A stretch of 64,000 nucleotides of DNA. Source: Thermodesulfobium acidiphilum (GTDB taxonomy: Bacteria; Thermodesulfobiota; Thermodesulfobiia; Thermodesulfobiales; Thermodesulfobiaceae). Made by a program: the position numbers and the translations under genes. Position 1 is the first letter of the stretch. Each line of letters begins with the position of its first letter. Below the pieces are notes generated by a model. That model did no database searches. It saw nothing but the letters and a program-made list of their open reading frames with translations, and was not told where the DNA came from. The DNA lies in contig NZ_CP020921.1 in NCBI RefSeq assembly GCF_003057965.1, forward strand, positions 394,100 through 458,099. Reading direction: 5' to 3'. This document shows, piece after piece, positions 37,098 through 47,215 of this stretch.

Positions 37098-38818
37098 TCT
37101 TTTGCCTCCAAGAGCATAGAATTTATCATAGAATTTATTTGAACATGAGTGTAACCAAGAACTTCCAGCGCATCTTCAGGGCAATCAGGTACACAGCCGC
37201 CACATCCTTTGCAAATTGCAGGGTTTATGTTTGCAATTATCTTGTCGTTTTTATTTATAAAGGATATTGCTTCGTAAGGGCATGAATTTTCACATAATTT
37301 GCAACCTGTACACTTTTCTTCTATTACGTGTGCAACAGTGGGTTCAATGTCTACATAGCCTTTTATAAGAAGAGATGCTGTTTTTGATGCTGCAGCCATT
37401 GAACTAGCTACGCTTTCTGAAATATTTTTTGGACCTTGTGACGTTCCTGCAATGAATATGCCGTCTATTACAGTTTCTACAGGCCTTAGTTTTGGATGAA
37501 TTTCGTTATAAAACTTATCTTTACCGATAGGAGTTTTTAAGATATCATTTAGCTCTGTATTTTCATTTGCTACCATACCGTTAACTAATACTAGCAGATC
37601 ACAGGGGATTAAGATATCTTCTTTGGCCAGCAATCTATCTTTTACTATAATTTTTATTCTTTCGCCTTTTAGACTAATATCTGGGGGGTTTTCTTCCTCG
37701 TATTTGAAGTATAAAGCTCCACGTCTGAGATTTTCTTCGTAATATTCCTCGTATTTTCCGTATGTTCTTATATCTCTATAAATATGATATTGCTTTAAAT
37801 TGTTATCGATATCAAATGCTAAAAGAGAAGCATAGTTAACAGCGCTGCAACAATATCTGGAACAGTATTTATTGCCGTTTTCTTTATTACTTTCTCGGGA
37901 ACCTACACAATAAATGTAGGCTATTTCTCTAATTCTTTGACCATTAAAGATTAGTTCACCTTTTTTAGTATTATTTGATAATAACTTCTTAAAATCTACC
38001 AAAGTTATTACATTGGGGTGCCCATAGCCAAACTCATTAGGTTCTGGAATATAGGGCTTGAATCCTGTTGCTAAAATTATTGAACCAACGCTTAAAGTTA
38101 GTTTTTCATTTCCAGACATTATATCGCATTCAAAATTTCCTACGCTGCCTTGTTTTTTCAATAATTTTGCGTTCGTATAAACTTTTATATTGTTTCTTCC
38201 CTTAATTTCTTTTTCAAGTTCTTCTATTAGTTCAGAACTATTTTTATGTTCAGGAAAGACTATACCTATGTCCTTTAAATTGCCACCTATTTTGGATTCT
38301 TTTTCTACTACGTGAGCAAAGATCCCCATATCGGATAATGCTAAAGCGCACCTTAAACCTGATATGCCTCCTCCTATTATTAAAGCCTGATTTACAGTGT
38401 TTACTCTTAATGGAGTGAGTGGAACAGAATTTCTAGTTTTTGCAATGCCAGCTCTTACTAAATCAATTGCTTTAGAAGTGGCTGCTTCTTTGTTGTGAGT
38501 ATGTGCCCATGAACACTGCTCTCTGATATTTACCTGAGTATACTGGTAGGGATTAAGTCCTGCCCTTTGTGCCATATTTTGAAAGGTCTTCAAATGAAGT
38601 TTTGGGGAGCAAGAAGCAATTACAATTCCGTCTAACTTCTTTTCTTTTATTGCATTTATCATTTCTGTTTGAGCGCTGTCAGAACATGTAAACATATTGG
38701 TCTTTGCATATACTACGCCTTCATCGTTTGCAACTGCATCCCTTACTCTTTCTACGTCTACATAGTCAGATATGTTTCCACCGCAATAACATATGAAAAC
38801 GCCAATTCTATCGCTCAT
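37094..38818 (-). CDS. hdrA: Heterodisulfide reductase subunit A family protein
   Basis: GVFICYCG, CSPKLH, NIREQCSW, GGGISG, CVGSR..YCSRYCC, HPKLRP, C-terminal ferredoxin. Confidence 0.92.
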   Translation of the reverse strand: MSDRIGVFICYCGGNISDYVDVERVRDAVANDEGVVYAKTNMFTCSDSAQTEMINAIKEKKLDGIVIASCSPKLHLKTFQNMAQRAGLNPYQYTQVNIREQCSWAHTHNKEAATSKAIDLVRAGIAKTRNSVPLTPLRVNTVNQALIIGGGISGLRCALALSDMGIFAHVVEKESKIGGNLKDIGIVFPEHKNSSELIEELEKEIKGRNNIKVYTNAKLLKKQGSVGNFECDIMSGNEKLTLSVGSIILATGFKPYIPEPNEFGYGHPNVITLVDFKKLLSNNTKKGELIFNGQRIREIAYIYCVGSRESNKENGNKYCSRYCCSAVNYASLLAFDIDNNLKQYHIYRDIRTYGKYEEYYEENLRRGALYFKYEEENPPDISLKGERIKIIVKDRLLAKEDILIPCDLLVLVNGMVANENTELNDILKTPIGKDKFYNEIHPKLRPVETVIDGIFIAGTSQGPKNISESVASSMAAASKTASLLIKGYVDIEPTVAHVIEEKCTGCKLCENSCPYEAISFINKNDKIIANINPAICKGCGGCVPDCPEDALEVLGYTHVQINSMINSMLLEAKE

Positions 38819-41400
38819 AGCCCCCTCCTCATCTTTGTAATGTATCCTGCTGCTTGAGCTGCAGCAGCTCCAGCGTGTACAACAGAATCGGGGATATCTT
38901 TTATAGAACTAGAAGTGCCAGCTACAAATATTCCTTCTATTGAGGTTTTTGCTGGCTCTATGTTTTCTTCTACTTCTCTTACGAACATATGATTGTCCGC
39001 ATCCAGTTTTATATCTTTGAAAGACTTAAATATAGATGTGTTCGACAGTAGGCCAACTGATAGTATTACCATATCGTGACTGGCAACCTTTATCTGCCCA
39101 TCTTCTTCTATATCTTCGTAAAATAGATTTAAATTGTTTTCTTCATCTTCTTCAATTCTTGCTACCTTCCCTTTTACGAATCTTATTCCCATTTCTTTGG
39201 CCTGGTGGTAAAACTCTTCATATCCTTTGCCGAATGCCCTTATATCAATGTAATAAATAGTCAAATCGGCGGTAGGTAGGGCTCCCATTATAAGTTGCGC
39301 CTGTTTTAGAGAATACATACAGCAAACTCTTGAACATATATTATTGTTTACCTTTCTGTCTCGTGAACCTACACACAATATCATTGCAATATTTGAGGGT
39401 ACTTTACCGTCAGATGGTCTTATTACAGCATTATATGGCCTGGTTGGTGCGAGTATTCTGTCCATTTGCATTGCGTCGATGACATTTGGAAATCTGCCAA
39501 AGCCGAATATTTCTTTTTTGCTGGCGTTAAACAAATTGAATCCTGTAGAGACAATTACAGTATCCACTTCTATTTCGTATCTTATATCTCTGATAGAAAA
39601 ATCTATTGCATTAGCCGGACAAATGTTTACACATTGGTGACATTCGCTACAACCACCACAATCCAGACAGCCTGTAGCATATTTCTTAACTTCTTCTTCT
39701 GAAATGGTTTGTTCTATTTCTTCAAAATTGAGTTCTTTTGTTTTGAGATGTGGCTCAAATTTTATATGTTTTGGAAAGTCTGAGTTATAACGTTCTTTTA
39801 TTTCATTAGGTTTTACGGCAGGAAGTCTGTTGTCAAATTTTTCTGAACTAAAATCTAAATTGTTTAAAAATAGATCAAGATAAAAAGCTGCCTTTTTTGC
39901 ACTGGAAATAGCCTTAAGAATATTTGAATGTCCGTGTACACTGTCACCACAACTAAATGCCCACGGAATTTGGGTCTGATAAAATTCGTTAACTTTTAGT
40001 TCGGATATATTCGAATCAGACTCGTCAAAAATTATTTGCTCAGGTTTTGGGTCCATTGCATAAACAATAATATCTGCTTTATCTATCTCATCTAATTTGG
40101 AATTAAGAATCAATCTGGCTCCCTCGTTTGTAGCATCGTCGATCTCTTTTTTTGTAGCACTCATACTTACCCTGTCCTTTTCAAAGTGTATTGAAACGTT
40201 TGCTTTATACCTTAGTGCCACTCTGGCACAGTGCATAGCAATGTTATTTCCACCTATTACAACAACGTTTTTAGAATTTAGGGTGGGGGGGATATCTTTG
40301 TTCTGCAAGAATTTAATTGCGTCTATGACATTTTTTTGTTTTAAGAATTCTGGTAAATCCTTTTCATTATAGCTGGTTCCAGTTGACAACAATACTGCGT
40401 CAAATCCATTTTCTTTTAAAGATTTTAAAGAAGAGATTTTGGTGTTAAGCTTTACTTCAATATTATTGAACGATGTTATTTCTTCAATATCTCTATCTAA
40501 TAAATTCTTTGGAAGCAAATAATCTGGAATTAATCTAAGTTTGCCTCCCAGTTTGTCTGATGATTCGAAAATAGTTACTCTGTAACCCTTTTTAGCTAGA
40601 TAATATGCTGCGCTGAGTCCAGATGGACCAGAGCCTATAATTGCAATTTTCTTATCTAATAGATTTTTTGGTTCTATTTTTTGTGGTATAGGGAAATTTT
40701 TAAAGTGTTTGTCAGCTATATATCTCTTTATGTTTCTAATAGGGATAGAACCTTCTAATTGGTTTCTGGTGCACCTTTTTTCGCAGGGAGCGGAGCATAT
40801 TCTACTAAGAGTTGAAACTAGAGGTGAGTCTTCAAGATGTAAACGATATGCCTCTTCAAATTTTCCAGATCTTGAGAGTGAAACCAGTCCGTGAGCTTTT
40901 ATGCCAATAGGGCACACAAAGGTACAGGGGGATGTACCAAATCTCTCTATTACGGCTTTTTTAGGAACGGCTTGTGGAAATGCAATATATGCCGCTCTTC
41001 TGGGAACCAGGTCACAATTGAACTGGTCAAGCAAGGGAACAGTGCAAGCAAGCTCACACTGTCCGCATCCAGTGCATTTAGCAGGATCTACAAAAGACGC
41101 TTTTTTAAGAATTTTAGCAGTAAACGAATCCTCTTTTTTCTTTATTTCCTCTACCTCACTATAATTTAACACGGTAATATTATTGTGAGCTGCTGTTGCA
41201 GCCATTTTAGGTGTAGATATACAGCTCGAACAATCAAGAGTGGGAAATACTTTACTAAGTAGTATCATTTTTCCGCCAATACTGGACTCTTTTTCTACAA
41301 GAAGCACTTTGAACCCCATATCACCAAGCAATATGGAAGATTCCATCCCAGCAATTCCGCCACCTATTACTAATGCATCAAATTTTTTAAAGTCGCTCAT
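38815..41400 (-). CDS. HdrL-type large HdrA with an inserted GltD/NfnB-like module
   Basis: HdrA N-terminus KVFPTLDCSSC; insert SPCTFVCP..RICSAPCEKRC..GSGPSG; HdrA C-terminus CVGSRD..CSRVCC..DIRAFGKG. Confidence 0.88.
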   Translation of the reverse strand: MSDFKKFDALVIGGGIAGMESSILLGDMGFKVLLVEKESSIGGKMILLSKVFPTLDCSSCISTPKMAATAAHNNITVLNYSEVEEIKKKEDSFTAKILKKASFVDPAKCTGCGQCELACTVPLLDQFNCDLVPRRAAYIAFPQAVPKKAVIERFGTSPCTFVCPIGIKAHGLVSLSRSGKFEEAYRLHLEDSPLVSTLSRICSAPCEKRCTRNQLEGSIPIRNIKRYIADKHFKNFPIPQKIEPKNLLDKKIAIIGSGPSGLSAAYYLAKKGYRVTIFESSDKLGGKLRLIPDYLLPKNLLDRDIEEITSFNNIEVKLNTKISSLKSLKENGFDAVLLSTGTSYNEKDLPEFLKQKNVIDAIKFLQNKDIPPTLNSKNVVVIGGNNIAMHCARVALRYKANVSIHFEKDRVSMSATKKEIDDATNEGARLILNSKLDEIDKADIIVYAMDPKPEQIIFDESDSNISELKVNEFYQTQIPWAFSCGDSVHGHSNILKAISSAKKAAFYLDLFLNNLDFSSEKFDNRLPAVKPNEIKERYNSDFPKHIKFEPHLKTKELNFEEIEQTISEEEVKKYATGCLDCGGCSECHQCVNICPANAIDFSIRDIRYEIEVDTVIVSTGFNLFNASKKEIFGFGRFPNVIDAMQMDRILAPTRPYNAVIRPSDGKVPSNIAMILCVGSRDRKVNNNICSRVCCMYSLKQAQLIMGALPTADLTIYYIDIRAFGKGYEEFYHQAKEMGIRFVKGKVARIEEDEENNLNLFYEDIEEDGQIKVASHDMVILSVGLLSNTSIFKSFKDIKLDADNHMFVREVEENIEPAKTSIEGIFVAGTSSSIKDIPDSVVHAGAAAAQAAGYITKMRRGL

Positions 41401-41415
41401 GCCTACTCCTTATAG

Positions 41416-41811
41416 TTAATTATTTAACTCACTTAATGCTTTATGAAACTTTTTAATATGTGATACAAATGACTCTGCACAAACTGAACATATTGCTGCC
41501 ATTTTTACTCTTCTCGGATCCAGATTGTTTGCTGTAAGGAGTTCTTGTGATTTTTCTACGACTTTTGCAGTTCTATCTGTGCAGTCAGTTAAATAAGGAC
41601 AGTCTGTTCCATCGGCAGCTATAAATACTCCATCAAAGCCATTTTTTATAGCATTTAAAATCCACTTTGGGCTTATACCACTAGAGCAAGGTACTGTTAT
41701 AACTTTAACCGATTCTGGATAGTCCATATGAGATGCCCCTGCAAGGTCAATACCCGGATCTGAGATGTTATTTGTTGAAAAAACCAATATTTTTGGATTA
41801 TTGGTAGACAT
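41416..41811 (-). CDS. mvhD: MvhD/FlpD-family Fe-S subunit (atypical Cys pattern)
   Basis: DLAG..YPESVKVITVPCSSG..GFDGVFIA..DCPY. Confidence 0.85.
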   Translation of the reverse strand: MSTNNPKILVFSTNNISDPGIDLAGASHMDYPESVKVITVPCSSGISPKWILNAIKNGFDGVFIAADGTDCPYLTDCTDRTAKVVEKSQELLTANNLDPRRVKMAAICSVCAESFVSHIKKFHKALSELNN

Positions 41812-41812
41812 T

Positions 41813-42064
41813 TTATTTTCCTCTTTTTACATAAAGTTTCCAATATCCAGCTTCTTCAACAGTTCCTAAAAATTCGTGTCCAACTTTTTCTGCCCATAAT
41901 GGGAGGTCTTCGTTTGTTCCTTCGTCAGAGGATAGAACTTCCATTATCCCGCCAATAGGTATCGAGACGATTTCTCTTTTGGCTGCGAGCAATGGGCCAG
42001 GACAGGCACTCCCTCTTGCATCTACTGTTTTGTCTACTTTCAAATTTTTCAAGTCTAAGCTCAT
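41813..42064 (-). CDS. tusA: TusA-family sulfurtransferase
   Basis: DARGSACPGP..DLPLWAEKVGH. Confidence 0.92.
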   Translation of the reverse strand: MSLDLKNLKVDKTVDARGSACPGPLLAAKREIVSIPIGGIMEVLSSDEGTNEDLPLWAEKVGHEFLGTVEEAGYWKLYVKRGK

Positions 42065-42080
42065 GACATCCTCCTAATAT

Positions 42081-42449
42081 TTATTTTTTTATTTTAAAGC
42101 AAAGAAAATTGCTTTCCAAACTCATTTCTTTTGCAAAATTGCCCTTTTTTTTCATTGTTTCATAAAGAATTTGTCTTATAAGATTACAGGCTTCACCTAA
42201 CCTTTTGTCTGAGAGTGAGTAGTAAATTGTTTTGCCCTCTTTTCTGGCTTCTACTAAATTGTGTGATCTAAGAATAGCTAGATGCTGGCTAACAGTTGAT
42301 GGTCTTGCGCCTATTGTTTTAGCAATTTCTGTTACGTTTGCCTCCCCTTCAGCAAGCATTGCTATTATCATAAGCCTTTTCGAACTGGAAAGGCTTTTGC
42401 AAAGCTCTGCATGGGCATCAAAGAGTTGCAGCAAATTAATTATAATCAC
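42081..42449 (-). CDS. ArsR/SmtB-family transcriptional regulator
   Basis: KRLMII..VSQHLAILR..RKEGKTIYYSL. Confidence 0.9.
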   Translation of the reverse strand: MIIINLLQLFDAHAELCKSLSSSKRLMIIAMLAEGEANVTEIAKTIGARPSTVSQHLAILRSHNLVEARKEGKTIYYSLSDKRLGEACNLIRQILYETMKKKGNFAKEMSLESNFLCFKIKK

Positions 42450-42464
42450 CTCTTTTTATACATA

Positions 42465-42513
42465 TATTCGAAAATTCGAAAATAAGTATATATAATTTTT
42501 TCAATTCTGTCAA
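42465..42513 (-). promoter_or_regulatory. Promoter of the arsR-hdr operon with a candidate ArsR operator
   Basis: Minus-strand TTGACA (42508-42513), 17-bp spacer, TATACT (42485-42490); dyad TTCGAA-aa-TTCGAA just downstream. Confidence 0.7.
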
Positions 42514-42804
42514 TAAGGCAATTTTATTCGTTTTTGTTTTCTAAGTTATCTTTATAATTTATTAATTTTTTTCTATATTTTTTTCTGAAAAGGATAATAT
42601 AAATAGTTTATATGACAAAAACATTTGACATATTCATTTTAAATAACTATACTTTTGGAGTTGTTTAAAAGTTGATTTTAATTTAAATTTAATGAAATTA
42701 ATTTATTTTTTTTAATGAGTTTTAAAAAGGGGTAAAGGGCAAGGATCTTTTCAGGAGGTACTAAGGTTATGATTTTATTTTTTAAGGTGATTAAAGGCTT
42801 TAAG

Positions 42805-42881
42805 TGGCGTGCCCGACAGGATTCGAACCTGTGACCTTTGGATTCGTAGTCCAACGCTCTATCCAACTGAGCTACGGGCAC
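42805..42881 (-). tRNA. tRNA-Arg(ACG)
   Basis: GTGCCCGTAGCTCAGTTGGATAGAGCGTTGGACTACGAATCCAAAGGTCACAGGTTCGAATCCTGTCGGGCACGCCA; cloverleaf, ACG anticodon, encoded CCA. Confidence 0.97.
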
Positions 42882-42937
42882 AACGTATTTGATTATATCA
42901 TAAATTTTTAATTGAGCTAAAAATTAGGCTATGAGAG

Positions 42938-43954
42938 GTGATTTTATTGGGTAATTTTTTTAAAAAATTTAAATTAGGTTCTATTAAAGAGTTTTTAACG
43001 AAATACAAAAAAGAAATTTATTACTTTTTTCCCATTATTCCTCTGATTGTAGGGGGGCTAATAATTACAAGTAGCGTTAATTTAAAACCAAAAATTTCTA
43101 ATTTTTCAAATCTTCCCGTTCAAAAAGTTTCAAAAGGAGACGTTAAAAAGGTTGAAAGCGAACCAAAGCTTCAGATTCAGGAGTATACTGTTCAGCCAGG
43201 AGACACGCTTGAAAGTATAGCTCAAAAATTCAGCATTAATTATCAAACTATTAAATTGCTGAACGACATTAGAGATGAAGGGTACCTTAAAGTTGGTCAA
43301 AAGTTAAAAATTCCTAACATGAACGGTGTAATTTATACTGTTCAGCCAGGAGATACGCTGGGTGAAATCTGTGATATATATGGGGTCAGTCAAGAAAGAA
43401 TTTTGAAATCCAACAATATACCAAACCCTCAAGAACTTCAAATAGGGCAGGATATATTCATACCAGGACTTGACGTTGTATCTGAGGTGGCAAACAAGTG
43501 GACATCTAATAATAGCAACAATGGGTATGAACGTATTGCTCTTGCTTATAGAGGTAGAGGATTTCCTGGCGACTTTATATGGCCTGTAGATGGACCTATT
43601 ACTTCTGGTTTTGGTTGGAGAATACATCCAATTTTCGGCACTCCAGAGTTTCATACAGGAATAGATATAGGAGTTCCTTATGGTACCCCAGTTAGGGCTG
43701 CTGATAGAGGGGTAGTTACTTATGCCGGTTGGGAGCATGGTTATGGAGAAATTGTTACTATTAATCATGGGGATGGCATTAGTACTTCATATTCTCATAA
43801 TAGTTCGATAGTTGTTTCGGTAGGACAAAGAGTTAGCCAGGGTCAGGTGATAGCCTATGCAGGTAGTACTGGTTGGTCTACGGGGCCACACGTGCTCTTT
43901 GAGATAAAGGTTGATGGAAGGTACGTAAATCCTTTAAATTATTTGCCTAGATAA
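42938..43954 (+). CDS. LysM x2 / M23 peptidase
   Basis: YTVQPGDTL twice; HTGID and STGPH motifs. Confidence 0.92.
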   Translation: MILLGNFFKKFKLGSIKEFLTKYKKEIYYFFPIIPLIVGGLIITSSVNLKPKISNFSNLPVQKVSKGDVKKVESEPKLQIQEYTVQPGDTLESIAQKFSINYQTIKLLNDIRDEGYLKVGQKLKIPNMNGVIYTVQPGDTLGEICDIYGVSQERILKSNNIPNPQELQIGQDIFIPGLDVVSEVANKWTSNNSNNGYERIALAYRGRGFPGDFIWPVDGPITSGFGWRIHPIFGTPEFHTGIDIGVPYGTPVRAADRGVVTYAGWEHGYGEIVTINHGDGISTSYSHNSSIVVSVGQRVSQGQVIAYAGSTGWSTGPHVLFEIKVDGRYVNPLNYLPR

Positions 43955-44030
43955 AACCTTTAATTGTATTATTTTATATGATCTGCAACAATGGTTTATA
44001 ATGGTTAAATCATTTTTGGAGGTATAAAGA

Positions 44031-44951
44031 TTGAGATATGATGTAATTATTTTGGGAGCAGGACCTGCTGGTTTATCTGCTGCTGTTTATTTAGCAAGAG
44101 CTAATGTTTCGTCTCTTGTAATAGGTTTGCCAGGCGGATCAAGGGCTTCGTGGGCCCATAACATTGAGAACTACCTTGGATTTCCTGAAGGAATTTCGGG
44201 TAAAGAATTTAAGGAGAGATCGGTAGCTCAAGCAAAAAAATTTGGCGCAGTAATTTTAGAAGAAGAAGTTATTGCAGCTAACTTTTCTGAAAATGGCGGT
44301 TACTACGTTGAAACAAATAAAGAAAATCGCTTTGAGGCTAATTTTTTGATTCTAGCACTGGGATTGAATGTAAAACCTTCTGGCGTAAAAAATGAAGTAG
44401 AATATGTTGGGAAGGGAGTCTCTTATTGCAGCACCTGTGATGGGTTTTTTTACAAAAATAGGCCTGTTGTGGTAATAGGTAATAAAGATCTGGCTGCAAG
44501 AGAAACTCTTGATCTGGTTGAATTTGCTTCGAAGATAAATTTGATTTCGCATGCAAAGAGTTTTGAAATCTCTGAAAACTTTCTGAATAAGTTAAAACAA
44601 AATAATGTTGAATTAACGACAGGAAAGGTAATTGAAGTGCTTGGTGATGGAGAAAAGGTTACTGGAGTTTTGCTGGATAACGAGAGCAAGATATCTGCGG
44701 ACGGCGTTTTCTTTGCTTTGGGAGATATGGGGCCGCTTGATATAGCCAGATTTTTAGGGTTAGAAATTGACGAAAAAACAAAATCAATTGTAGTAGATAG
44801 GAAAATGAGAACTAATATTCCTGGAATATATGCTGCGGGAGATTGTACTGGAGAACCTTATCAGATTTCCACTGCTGTAGGAGAGGGTGCAATTGCTGCC
44901 CTTGAAATTATACATGAACTAAGAAACAGAAAGGACAGAAAAGATGATTAA
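44031..44951 (+). CDS. trxB: Thioredoxin reductase family
   Basis: GAGPAG, ENYLGF, VSYCSTCDG, AAGD. Confidence 0.88.
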   Translation: MRYDVIILGAGPAGLSAAVYLARANVSSLVIGLPGGSRASWAHNIENYLGFPEGISGKEFKERSVAQAKKFGAVILEEEVIAANFSENGGYYVETNKENRFEANFLILALGLNVKPSGVKNEVEYVGKGVSYCSTCDGFFYKNRPVVVIGNKDLAARETLDLVEFASKINLISHAKSFEISENFLNKLKQNNVELTTGKVIEVLGDGEKVTGVLLDNESKISADGVFFALGDMGPLDIARFLGLEIDEKTKSIVVDRKMRTNIPGIYAAGDCTGEPYQISTAVGEGAIAALEIIHELRNRKDRKDD

Positions 44952-46290
44952 TATGATTAATATTAAAAGGTTTATTTTGCTTTTGGTATTGTGGGCATTT
45001 CTGGTTTCTAGTGCTTATGCAGCAGCCTTTACTCCTGATGGGAACCTGGTAGGAAATAATATACCAGTAAGAAGTGGCCCTGGTACAAGTTTTAAGATTA
45101 TCAAAATAATCAACCAGGTTACCCCCATACAATCGATTGAAAAGCAGGGAGATTGGTATAAAGTAAAGTTTCAGGATAATTCGGAAGGTTGGGTTATAGG
45201 TTATTTTGTTGCATTAACTAAGCAAGCGCCCGGTTCTATTATAACTTTTGATAAATTAAAGGATATCAAAGCTCTTGGTATTCAAAACGAAAACGACGTT
45301 TGGGCTGCTACAAGTTTTGGAATCTTTTTGATAGAATCTACTACGAAAGTCGTACCTTATAACGATGGATATCCTTTAGGATATGAGGTTGAAAAATTTT
45401 ATTTTGATAATAACAATGTTTATGCTCTCTTCAAAAAAGGTGATAATGATAGAAAAATTATGTATTTAAAAGGTAAAAAGTGGGTAGGTTTGGATACAAA
45501 ATTTGAGTACAATACTGTGTATTATCAAGGCGATTCTTATTTTTGGCTTGGTGGAAAAAATGGAATTGAACTCTGGGATCTTAAAGGCCCAAAGCTAGTT
45601 TCCTCCTTTCCGGAAAAGGAATATCACGCTTTTAGTTCTGTTCTCAGTATTTACAGAGATTCTAACGATCTTTGGGTCGGAACTGAAAAGGGATTGTATA
45701 TGTTAGATCTTAAGACAAATAAGATTACTACTTATTCTGAAAAGAATCATTTAATAATGGGTGCCTTTACTCTGATTCTTGGTGATAAGGATAGGATTTA
45801 TGCTGTGTCCAGAGAAACTAATATGCTGGGTTTAAACATTTCTTGTGCTTTGAATATTTATGATAAAAAAACTCATAAGTGGATAAATTATCTTCCTGCT
45901 GATTATCCACCAGGGATAACTTCTTATCCATGGATAGAAAAGGGTATCATAACCGATGATGGAGCCTGGTTTAGTGTGTTTCAGGAACAATCCACTCTTA
46001 TAACAGGATATGGCGTAGTTCATTACATCAGCAAAGACAATAAGTTTAAAGATTATTACGTGCCAAAAATTTATTCAGACTCAATAATGGGATTTGTTTA
46101 CCAAAAAGGCAAGCTGTATATGATGAGTCCTAAAGGTGTATTGACCTATAACGAAGCTACGGGCGATTTTGGAAAGATTACAAAAGCAGATGGTTTGTTA
46201 GACAACGATATCAAAGCTCTCGCAGTATATGGCAATACCCTTTGGATTGGTGGGCCTCAAGGCATAACTAGATATAATTTAGAAAAGTAA
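44944..46290 (+). CDS. Secreted SH3b plus beta-propeller protein
   Basis: Signal peptide; VRSGPGT..WYKV..GWV (SH3b); LWVGTEKGL propeller repeats. Confidence 0.78.
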   Translation: MINMINIKRFILLLVLWAFLVSSAYAAAFTPDGNLVGNNIPVRSGPGTSFKIIKIINQVTPIQSIEKQGDWYKVKFQDNSEGWVIGYFVALTKQAPGSIITFDKLKDIKALGIQNENDVWAATSFGIFLIESTTKVVPYNDGYPLGYEVEKFYFDNNNVYALFKKGDNDRKIMYLKGKKWVGLDTKFEYNTVYYQGDSYFWLGGKNGIELWDLKGPKLVSSFPEKEYHAFSSVLSIYRDSNDLWVGTEKGLYMLDLKTNKITTYSEKNHLIMGAFTLILGDKDRIYAVSRETNMLGLNISCALNIYDKKTHKWINYLPADYPPGITSYPWIEKGIITDDGAWFSVFQEQSTLITGYGVVHYISKDNKFKDYYVPKIYSDSIMGFVYQKGKLYMMSPKGVLTYNEATGDFGKITKADGLLDNDIKALAVYGNTLWIGGPQGITRYNLEK

Positions 46291-46351
46291 AAATTTGATT
46301 GTGAAAGTAGAATTAGAAATTTTGTTTAAAAAATTAAGATAGGAGTTTGCT

Positions 46352-47215
46352 TTGAAAATAAGATTGGATATGGCTAAGTTCGATGTATCTGGTTACGTGG
46401 ATAATATAAGCGTGCATCCTATAATAGTTGAAAAGCTAGAGTGTTTTTTCTCGAATCTAGTTAGTGAGAAAGAAATCCTTGACTATAATGTGTTGACTCT
46501 CTCAAATAGAGTTTTGGTAATTGTAGTATCAGAGGCCGAAAGATTCAAAGAAGCAAACGACATTGACAAGATTTTATATGGTGCACTAGGAAGCATAGAA
46601 AAGGCTGATTTTAATTTTACATTTGAAAATTCAAGTCTTAAACAATTTAAAAATTTTCTTTTTACTGAAAGAAGAAATGAAAGCATACTAATATTCTTTT
46701 CAACTAACGTTGAACTTGTAACATACAATATGGCAATTTTGAAGCTTTTATTTAATCCTTTTGCAAATTTTGATATTTTTAAAATTAATGTTTTTGAACT
46801 ATATACCATCAATTTGAAATTTAATGAGCGTTTGAAATCTTATACACAATTTAAAGATCTTTTTAAGTTACTAAAAGATATAAAGAAGTCAAGTTTAAAA
46901 TTTTTTGTTCAATCAATTGAAGGCCAAAATTCTGAGCCTGTGATGGTATCCCTGGAAGATAGTAGCGCTTCTATATGGAGGGTGTCTACCCCATATTTTT
47001 CTATAAACTTTATTCTAAACGCATTGGTAGAAAACATTTTGCCTGTAACCTTTTATGATTCATCTAACGCTTTAGCTTTTCCTAAATCACTGGCTGTAGG
47101 TTTTACCCTCCAAAATGGAAAACTTTTTGGACCCGTTGATCTCTTTGATGACTCGTTTTATGATTCTTTAAGAAGTAAATTTTATGAAAAAATTATTAAT
47201 AGGAGGTTTTCATAA
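46352..47215 (+). CDS. Degenerate homolog of FBP aldolase/phosphatase (class V FBPase)
   Basis: N-terminal KFDVSG..VHP, ERRNESI and C-terminal LPV..AVGFTLQNGKLFGPVDLFDD match the family scaffold; the GDD, DK and GKDD motifs are absent. Confidence 0.65.
   Translation: MKIRLDMAKFDVSGYVDNISVHPIIVEKLECFFSNLVSEKEILDYNVLTLSNRVLVIVVSEAERFKEANDIDKILYGALGSIEKADFNFTFENSSLKQFKNFLFTERRNESILIFFSTNVELVTYNMAILKLLFNPFANFDIFKINVFELYTINLKFNERLKSYTQFKDLFKLLKDIKKSSLKFFVQSIEGQNSEPVMVSLEDSSASIWRVSTPYFSINFILNALVENILPVTFYDSSNALAFPKSLAVGFTLQNGKLFGPVDLFDDSFYDSLRSKFYEKIINRRFS

Noticed and set aside
30400-42881. Genomic island integrated at tRNA-Arg carrying the hdr cluster
   Set aside because: No integrase and no duplicate of the tRNA 3' end found by eye.
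42678-42881. 67-aa [17 protein letters not shown]...
   Set aside because: It is a translation of the tRNA-Arg gene.
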